Source of the DNA: Gemmatimonadales bacterium
Lineage (GTDB): Bacteria; Gemmatimonadota; Gemmatimonadetes; Gemmatimonadales; GWC2-71-9
Direction of reading: 5' to 3'
Assembly (NCBI GenBank): GCA_037916975.1
Contig: JBAIWX010000141.1
Span: 1 to 57,141 of the forward strand
Length of the DNA: 57,141 nt
Shown here piece by piece: positions 50,865 to 57,141 of the stretch. Position numbers and translations under genes: made by a program. The notes beneath the pieces were generated by a model, which was given only the letters and a program-made list of their open reading frames with translations, had not been told where the DNA came from and made no database searches. Positions within the stretch are counted from its first letter, which is position 1, and the number at the start of each line of letters is the position of its first letter.

Positions 50865-52367
50865 TCAGGCCTCGTCGGCCGCCGGCGGCGCGCCCGCGCC
50901 GCGCCGCCACAGCAGGTACACCGGGATGCCGAGCGCCACGATGACGAGGCCAAACGCCGAGAACTTCCGCTTGACGGGGTCGGCGAGGAGCACGTACAGC
51001 AGGAAGGCGATCGCGATCACGTAGAGCGCGGGAACCACGGGGTAGCCGAACGCCTTCACGGGCCGCGGCAGGTCGGGCTGCGTGCGCCGGAAGTTGAAGA
51101 GCGCGAGCGTCGTCAGCAGGTAGAAGATGAGCGCCGCGAAGATCACGTAGTCGAGGAGCTGCCCGTAGGTCCCCGTGAGGCAGAGGAGCATCGCCCAGAG
51201 GGCCTGCGCCACGAGGGCGAAGACCGGCGTCCGCCACTCCGGGTGGAGCCGCCCCGCCGGGGCGAAGAAGAGCCGGTCGCGGGCCATCGCCCAGTACACC
51301 CGGGGGCCGGCGAGGATGAGCCCGTTGTTGCAGCCGAAGGTGCTGACGAGGATCGCGACCGCCATGATGACCGCCCCGGCGGGCCCAAGCATCACCTCGA
51401 GGGCCGCGGTGCCGACGCGGTCCTGCGTCGCGAACTGGATCCCGCGCTCGAACGCGCTCGTGCCGTCGGCGGCGCCACCGAAGGGGAGCACGTTCAGGTA
51501 GGCGACGTTCGCGAGGATGTAGAGGGCGCTCACGAGCCCGGTGCCGACCGCGAGGGCGCGCGGCAGGTTCCGGCTCGGGTCCCGCACCTCCGCGGCGGCG
51601 AAGGTGACGTTGTTCCACGCGTCGCTCGAGAAGAGCGACCCCACCATCGCGGCCCCGACCACCGGGAGCATCGCGAGGCCCCAGGGCTCCGCGCCCCAGA
51701 GGAGCCCGAAGTTGAGCTCGGCCACGTCGGCCCGGCGGAAGACGGTGAGGCCGAGCGCCACCAGCGCCGCGAGCGCGCCGACCTTGGCCACCGTGAAGAC
51801 GGTCTGGATGGTGGCGCCCAGCGTCACGCCGCGCGCGTTCACCGCGGTGAGCGCGGCGATCATCACGATCGCGACGACGCGCTGGGTGGAGAGCCCGAGC
51901 TCGATCGGGCCCCCGGGCATCGTGAGGCTTCCCAGCTTGAGCCAGACGTCCGGCGTCACCGACGGCACGAGCACGCCGAGGAACTTGGCGAACGCCACCG
52001 CGACGGCGGCGATCGTCCCGGTCTGGATGACGGTGAAGAGCGTCCAGCCGTAGAGGAAGCCGGCCGCGGGGGAGAGCCCGTCGCGCAGGAAGACGTACTG
52101 GCCGCCGGCGCGGGGGAGCATCGCGGCGAGCTCCGCGTAGCTCAGCGCCCCCGCCAGCGTCATGAGGCCGGTGAGCACCCAGACGAGGAGGAGCCCGCCC
52201 GGGCCCCACGCCGCCACCTGCCGCGCGATGTCGGCGGAGACGATGAAGATCCCCGAGCCGATCATCGAGCCGATCACGAGCGAGGTGGCCGCCGCGGGGC
52301 CGATGCCGCGGATGAACTGGTGCTCCTGCTGTGCGGGGGCTTCCCGCGCGGTGGGCGTGGAGGTCAT
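50865..52367 (-). CDS. APC-family (LAT-like) amino acid permease
   Basis: IGSMIGSGIF, YAELAAMLPRAGGQYVFL, FSSDAWNN..F.A.EVRDP. Confidence 0.93.
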   Translation of the reverse strand: MTSTPTAREAPAQQEHQFIRGIGPAAATSLVIGSMIGSGIFIVSADIARQVAAWGPGGLLLVWVLTGLMTLAGALSYAELAAMLPRAGGQYVFLRDGLSPAAGFLYGWTLFTVIQTGTIAAVAVAFAKFLGVLVPSVTPDVWLKLGSLTMPGGPIELGLSTQRVVAIVMIAALTAVNARGVTLGATIQTVFTVAKVGALAALVALGLTVFRRADVAELNFGLLWGAEPWGLAMLPVVGAAMVGSLFSSDAWNNVTFAAAEVRDPSRNLPRALAVGTGLVSALYILANVAYLNVLPFGGAADGTSAFERGIQFATQDRVGTAALEVMLGPAGAVIMAVAILVSTFGCNNGLILAGPRVYWAMARDRLFFAPAGRLHPEWRTPVFALVAQALWAMLLCLTGTYGQLLDYVIFAALIFYLLTTLALFNFRRTQPDLPRPVKAFGYPVVPALYVIAIAFLLYVLLADPVKRKFSAFGLVIVALGIPVYLLWRRGAGAPPAADEA

Positions 52368-52416
52368 CGGTCTCGGTTGTGGGGGTGGGATGCGGGGGCG
52401 TCGGCGGGGCGGGGGC

Positions 52417-52797
52417 TCATCCCCCGCCCTGCGTGCGCGCCTCGACGCGCGGCGGCTCCGCGGGCGGCGCGGGGGTGGCCGGCGCGGGCCGCCCGGCATC
52501 GCTCGCGGCCTTCACCGCCTCGTCCACGACCGCCTGCCCGGCGGCGGCGAGGCCCTTCATCACGCGGGCGGCGCCATCCACGAAGCTGGTGGTGCCGCTG
52601 ATCGCCCTGGCCGGCAGCGCGGCGGCGCGCATCGTGTCCTCGACGGTCTCGGTGAGCTTCGCCAGGAAGCCCGTGGGGCGCTGGCGCTCGGCGAAGCGGC
52701 TCTCGAGGAACTCGACGTAGTCGAGCACCTGGTAGCCCCGCTCGTCGGGCAGGGTCTCGAGGGCGCGAAGGATCCGCTGCTTCAGGACGTCGTTCAT
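52417..52797 (-). CDS. Small hypothetical protein (DUF2281-like N-terminus)
   Basis: LETLPDERGYQVLDYVEFL; GGAGG RBS. Confidence 0.75.
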   Translation of the reverse strand: MNDVLKQRILRALETLPDERGYQVLDYVEFLESRFAERQRPTGFLAKLTETVEDTMRAAALPARAISGTTSFVDGAARVMKGLAAAGQAVVDEAVKAASDAGRPAPATPAPPAEPPRVEARTQGGG

Positions 52798-52934
52798 GGG
52801 GTGCCTCCCGGCGGGCCCCTACGGGCCGCTCACAGGAAAGGTGTCGGGGGCTCCCCGGCGGCGCCACCCGGCCGCCGGCGGCGCCGGCCCAGAGCCACCC
52901 GCGGGCCGGGCGCCCCGCGGGCGCGGGGCCCGCG

Positions 52935-54167
52935 TCAGATGCTCGTGGTGAGCTGGGAACTGCCCGGCCCCTCGGCGGGCGGGACCAGGGGCCGGCGCTC
53001 GAGCAGGGCCTTGAGCCCGATCGGTGCCACGAAGGTCGTCACCATCACCATCAGCGCGCAGGCGGCGAAGAGGCGGCTGTCGAGCACCCCCGTGTTGGCA
53101 CCCATCGTGGCGAAGATGAGCCCGACCTCGCCCCGCGGCACCATGCCGACCCCGATCACGAGCTTCCGCCCGCGGAACCAGACCGGCGCCCACCCCGCCG
53201 CCACCTTCCCCGCGATGGCGCACGCGACCAGCACGCCGCCCACGAGCAGCACCTGCGGGTCCGCGAAGGCGCGGGCGTCCACCAGCGCACCGACGTTCAC
53301 GAAGAACAGGGGCACGAAGAAGAACCCGATGCGCACCACGCCCTTCTCGATCACGTGCACGTGGTGCGAGGGGGCGAAGAGGAGTCCCGCCGTGAAGGCC
53401 CCGATGATCGTCGCGGAGCCGGCCCGGTCGGCCAGGAGCGCCACGAGGAACGCGACGGTGAGCGCGAGGAGGGTGATCGTCGCCTCCTTCTCGCTCCGCA
53501 CGAGCCACCGGAAGGCCGGCGGCAGCACGGTCCGCCCCACGAGGAGCGCCACGCCGATGAACCCGAAGGCGAGGAGCGTGATGCGCGTGACGCTGCCCGC
53601 GGTGACCGCCCCGCCGCCGACCACCTCCGCCACGACCGCGAGGATGATGAGCCCGACGACGTCGTCGATGACGGCGGCGCCGAGGATCACCTGGCTCTCG
53701 GGGTCCTGCAGGCGGCCCAGGTCCGCGAGGACGCGCGCGGTGATCCCCACCGAGGTCGCGGTGAGCGCGGCGCCCATGACGAGGGCGGCGAGGGGCGGGA
53801 GGTCGAGGGCCCGACTCGCGGCGTAGCCCAGGCCGAACGGCAGCAGCACGCCGACGAGGGCGACCACCAGGGCGGCAGGCCCGACGCGCGCGAGCTTCTT
53901 CAGGTCGGTCTCGAGGCCGATCTGGAAGAGCAGGATGAGGACGCCGATCTCGGCGAAGGCGTGGAGCACCGGCTGGTGCGGGTCCACGAGGCCCAGGACC
54001 GACGGGCCGAGCAGCACGCCGGCGACCATCTCGCCGAGGACGGCGGGCTGGCCGACCGCCTCGGCGAGGTCGCCGAGGAGCTTGGCCGCCGCGAGCATCA
54101 CGGCGAGCGGGAGGAGCAGGTCGGGGAACGCGGCGGCGCCCGCGGCGGGTGCGGCGGCAAGCAGCAT
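52935..54167 (-). CDS. CPA2-family cation:proton antiporter
   Basis: GQPAVLGE..AG.LLGPS, ATSVGITARVL, AAVIDDV, GMVPRGEVGLI. Confidence 0.93.
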   Translation of the reverse strand: MLLAAAPAAGAAAFPDLLLPLAVMLAAAKLLGDLAEAVGQPAVLGEMVAGVLLGPSVLGLVDPHQPVLHAFAEIGVLILLFQIGLETDLKKLARVGPAALVVALVGVLLPFGLGYAASRALDLPPLAALVMGAALTATSVGITARVLADLGRLQDPESQVILGAAVIDDVVGLIILAVVAEVVGGGAVTAGSVTRITLLAFGFIGVALLVGRTVLPPAFRWLVRSEKEATITLLALTVAFLVALLADRAGSATIIGAFTAGLLFAPSHHVHVIEKGVVRIGFFFVPLFFVNVGALVDARAFADPQVLLVGGVLVACAIAGKVAAGWAPVWFRGRKLVIGVGMVPRGEVGLIFATMGANTGVLDSRLFAACALMVMVTTFVAPIGLKALLERRPLVPPAEGPGSSQLTTSI

Positions 54168-54203
54168 CGGGGCTCCGGCGGCCGGGCGGGACGCCCGGCG
54201 GGT

Positions 54204-55268
54204 TCAGCGGCCCGCGGGCTCCACGACGCGCTCGAGCTCGAGCACGGGCGTCGCGAGGTAGCGGCTCCGCGCGGCGCGCACGGTGCCCCGCACGGTCAGT
54301 TCGGCGAGGGGCGGGAGCGCCTTGAAGCGGTCCACCTGGTCGCGCGGGATCATCACGTACACGAAGCCGGGCTCGGGAAGCGGGCCGCGGGTCAGCAGGT
54401 AGGGCGTGCCGGCCGGCATCTCGGGGCGGAGCTCGTCCGCGACCTGCACGCTGATCACCTGCAGCCGCCACTCGAGCGGCTGGCCGACCCACTTCTGCGG
54501 ATCGGCGCGCACCTCGGCGGCGGAGACGCCGATCGCCACCCCCTCGGGCGTGGGCTTGAGGTCGGCGGCGCGCACCCACCCCTCCACCTGCACGCGGACC
54601 CAGTCGCCGCTGCGCGCGAGGACCCGCCCGCGCGCGCCGGGGCCGAGCTGCGCGAACTCGCCTGCATCGGGCTGGAGGTAGAGCGGCGCCGCCTGCGCGA
54701 CCTCGACCGCGTCGGGGCCGCCGGGCGCGGGCGCCGGTTGTGCCGGGGCCGGCGCGGCGGCGGGCGCCGAGCCGGCGGCCTTCCCGCCCCCGGCCGGCTG
54801 CTGCGCCGCGCTCGCCCCCTGGCTCGCCACGGCGACCTCGCCCAGCGCCGAGCGCGGCACCCAGCCGGTGCGCTCGACGCGGCTCCAGCCGCCCCGCCCC
54901 TCGCGCCGGCTCACGAGCGCCCCGCCGCGCAGGCGCGCGAGCACCGGCCCGTCCGGCTCGGCGCGGAGGTTCTCGCCCGCCGCGGTGACCTGCGCGTCGA
55001 AGCCGTCGCGGCGCACGCGGTCGAGCGAGCGCGAGAACACCCAGCCCGCGAGCGTCACCTCGACCGCGCCGTCGCGCTCGCGCCCCGCGCGCACCGGCGT
55101 GCCGGCGCGCACGTCGGCGAGCACGACGCCGCCGGGGTCCTTCGTGAAGGCGGCGGCACGATCGAGCGTGCGCCCCTGCTGCGCGGCGGCGGGCGCCGAG
55201 AGCAGGAGGAGCAGCACGGCGGCTGGAAGCCGGCGAATGGCGGGACTAGATTGCGGCGCTTGCGTCAC
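54204..55268 (-). CDS. Secreted protein with SH3b-like repeats and C-terminal OB-fold-like domain
   Basis: Signal peptide; three W.RV...GWV-type repeats (VTLAGWV, WSRVERTGWV, WVRVQVEGWV); ADPQKWVGQ..LTVRGTV. Confidence 0.7.
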   Translation of the reverse strand: MTQAPQSSPAIRRLPAAVLLLLLSAPAAAQQGRTLDRAAAFTKDPGGVVLADVRAGTPVRAGRERDGAVEVTLAGWVFSRSLDRVRRDGFDAQVTAAGENLRAEPDGPVLARLRGGALVSRREGRGGWSRVERTGWVPRSALGEVAVASQGASAAQQPAGGGKAAGSAPAAAPAPAQPAPAPGGPDAVEVAQAAPLYLQPDAGEFAQLGPGARGRVLARSGDWVRVQVEGWVRAADLKPTPEGVAIGVSAAEVRADPQKWVGQPLEWRLQVISVQVADELRPEMPAGTPYLLTRGPLPEPGFVYVMIPRDQVDRFKALPPLAELTVRGTVRAARSRYLATPVLELERVVEPAGR

Positions 55269-55276
55269 GATCGGGC

Positions 55277-55305
55277 ATCTTAGACGCCGCGGAGAGGCAT
55301 GTCAA
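55277..55305 (-). promoter_or_regulatory. Near-consensus sigma70 promoter, near-leaderless
   Basis: Minus strand TTGACA-N17-TAAGAT-N8-GTG; -35 box overlaps the gpmI start codon. Confidence 0.75.
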
Positions 55306-56852
55306 AGGTCGTCGGGCCGCGCGGTCCCGTGGTTCTCGTGGTGCTCGACGGCTGGGGCTACCGTCCCGAGCGCGAGGGCAACGCCATCGCGCTCGCGCAG
55401 GTGCCGACGTGGCAGCGCCTGTGGGGCCGGCAGCCGCGCACGCTGCTCGACGCGAGCGGACTCGCGGTGGGCCTCCCCGAGGGGCAGATGGGCAACAGCG
55501 AGGTCGGGCACCTCAACCTGGGCGCCGGCCGGGTGGTGCCGCAGGACCTCGTCCGCATCTCGCAGAGCATCCAGTCGGGCGACTTCTACGCCCTCCCGCC
55601 CCTCGTCGAGCTCGGCGCGTACCTCCGCCAGACCGGCGGCACGCTCCACCTGGTCGGCCTCCTCGGCCCGGGCGGCGTGCACGCGCTCGACCGGCACCTC
55701 CTCGCGGCCGTCGAGCTCGGCGTGCGCGCCAAGGTCCCGCAGATCGCGATCCACGGCTTCCTCGACGGCCGCGACTCCGCCCCGACGCTCGGCGCGGAGG
55801 TGGTGCGCACGCTGCTGCTCGACATGCGGCGGATCGCGGGCGGCCGCGTGGACGTGGCCACGCTCACCGGGCGCTACTACGGCATGGACCGCGACCGGCG
55901 CTGGGAACGCACCCGGGCCGCGTACGACGCGATCATGCACGGGACCGGCACCGCCATCGAGCACCCGGTGCTCGCGGTGCAGGCCGCCTACCAGCGCGGC
56001 GAGACCGACGAGTTCGTGCGCCCGCTCGTGCACCACCGGGGCGGCGCGCCGGTGGCGACCGTGAAGGAGGGGGACGCCTTCTTCTTCTTCAATTACCGCA
56101 GCGACCGGATGCGGCAGCTCGTCGCGGCGATCGCGGTGCCGGGCTTCGCGGGCTTCCCCACCGGCCCGCGCCCGGCGGTGCGCGCCGTGACGATGACGCA
56201 GTACGACCAGACCTTCCCGATCCCGCAGGCGTTCCCGCCGTTCACGCTCGCGCGCATCCTCGCCGAGGTGCTCGCCGGCGAGGGGCGCACGCAGCTGCGG
56301 ACCGCCGAGACCGAGAAGTACCCGCACGTCACCTACTTCTTCAACGGCGGCTACGAGCCCCCGTACGCCGGGGAGGAGCGGATCCTCGTGCCGTCGCCGA
56401 AGGTGGCGACCTACGACCTCATGCCCGAGATGAGCGCCGCCGGCATCACCGACGCGCTCTGCGGCGCGCTCGCGCGGCGGGAGCACGACTTCCTGCTCTG
56501 CAACTTCGCCAACGCCGACATGGTGGGGCACACCGGCGTGATGCCGGCGGTGATCAAGGCGGTGGAGACGGTGGACCAGTGCCTCGCGCGGATCCTCGCC
56601 GCCGCCGAGCCGGCGGGCGCGTCGGTGCTCATCACGGCCGACCACGGCAACTGCGAGATGATGATCGACCCCGCGACGGGCGGGCCCCACACGGCGCACA
56701 CCACGAACCCGGTGCCGTTCCTCCTCGTCAACGGGGGCGACGCCCCCCTCCGCCACGGCGGCGCCCTCCGCGACGTGGCCCCGACGGTGCTCGGCCTGCT
56801 CGGGATCGCCCCACCGCCCGAGATGACGGGCAAGGACCTCAGACTCCCATGA
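55299..56852 (+). CDS. gpmI: 2,3-bisphosphoglycerate-independent phosphoglycerate mutase
   Basis: LDGWG, GQMGNSEVGHLNLGAGR, AETEKYPHVTYFFNGG, NADMVGHTG, TADHGN, HTAHT. Confidence 0.98.
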   Translation: MSKVVGPRGPVVLVVLDGWGYRPEREGNAIALAQVPTWQRLWGRQPRTLLDASGLAVGLPEGQMGNSEVGHLNLGAGRVVPQDLVRISQSIQSGDFYALPPLVELGAYLRQTGGTLHLVGLLGPGGVHALDRHLLAAVELGVRAKVPQIAIHGFLDGRDSAPTLGAEVVRTLLLDMRRIAGGRVDVATLTGRYYGMDRDRRWERTRAAYDAIMHGTGTAIEHPVLAVQAAYQRGETDEFVRPLVHHRGGAPVATVKEGDAFFFFNYRSDRMRQLVAAIAVPGFAGFPTGPRPAVRAVTMTQYDQTFPIPQAFPPFTLARILAEVLAGEGRTQLRTAETEKYPHVTYFFNGGYEPPYAGEERILVPSPKVATYDLMPEMSAAGITDALCGALARREHDFLLCNFANADMVGHTGVMPAVIKAVETVDQCLARILAAAEPAGASVLITADHGNCEMMIDPATGGPHTAHTTNPVPFLLVNGGDAPLRHGGALRDVAPTVLGLLGIAPPPEMTGKDLRLP

Positions 56853-57141
56853 CGCCCCGTTCCCTGGCCCTCGCCGCGCTCCTCTGCGGCGTCGCGCTCC
56901 CGGCCGCCGCGCAGGTGGGCCACGACCCGGCGCACTCGCCCTTCCGTGACGTCGGCGGCGGGGCCACCCTCGTGCCCTACGCGGGACGCGTGGGCGGAGA
57001 CGGCGGTCCCGTCCACGTGGGCCCGCAGGACGGCACCACGTACGGCCTCCGGCTCGACGTGCGCGGCAACAAGTTCCTCGGCCTCGCGCTCGGGGTGCAC
57101 CGCGGCACGCTGCAGCGACGGCTCATCAACCCGTTCGTGCA
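56849..57141 (+). CDS. Secreted/outer-membrane protein, 3'-truncated at window edge
   Basis: ATG overlaps gpmI TGA; MTPRSLALAALLCGVALPAAAQVGHDPAHSPFRD..., open to window end; alternating beta-strand pattern. Confidence 0.7.
   Translation, partial: MTPRSLALAALLCGVALPAAAQVGHDPAHSPFRDVGGGATLVPYAGRVGGDGGPVHVGPQDGTTYGLRLDVRGNKFLGLALGVHRGTLQRRLINPFV

Overview
Very GC-rich bacterial chromosomal segment; gene content and protein style suggest Gemmatimonadota (inference). About 57 CDS, mostly housekeeping: a partial his operon (hisC-hisB-hisH-Nudix-hisF), trpE, maf, dtd, glmM-glmS, a cystathionine lyase/synthase, purD, mutM, late menaquinone genes (menG, ubiA-like, ubiX, ubiD), mrp/nifU-like, nrnA, guaB, gpmI and three APC permeases. 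These are interleaved with many signalling genes: PilB-receiver fusion, FHA-GAF adenylate cyclase, REC-HD-GYP, ECF sigma/anti-sigma operon, two Hanks kinases and an orphan histidine kinase. No rRNA, tRNA, CRISPR array or mobile element was seen. Most notable signals: (1) a repeated ECF-type promoter TGAAAC-N17/18-CGTA linking the anti-sigma operon, a Ser/Thr kinase and an M48 protease; (2) a Nudix hydrolase coupled into the his operon where hisA normally sits; (3) widespread leaderless promoters, including a leaderless 22-codon uORF overlapping the guaB start; (4) several proteins that have lost canonical catalytic residues (Cys-free Mrp next to a NifU domain, CxxC-less thioredoxin, His-less MBL fold). 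Start codons were refined by eye, and family calls come from motif recognition, not database searches.
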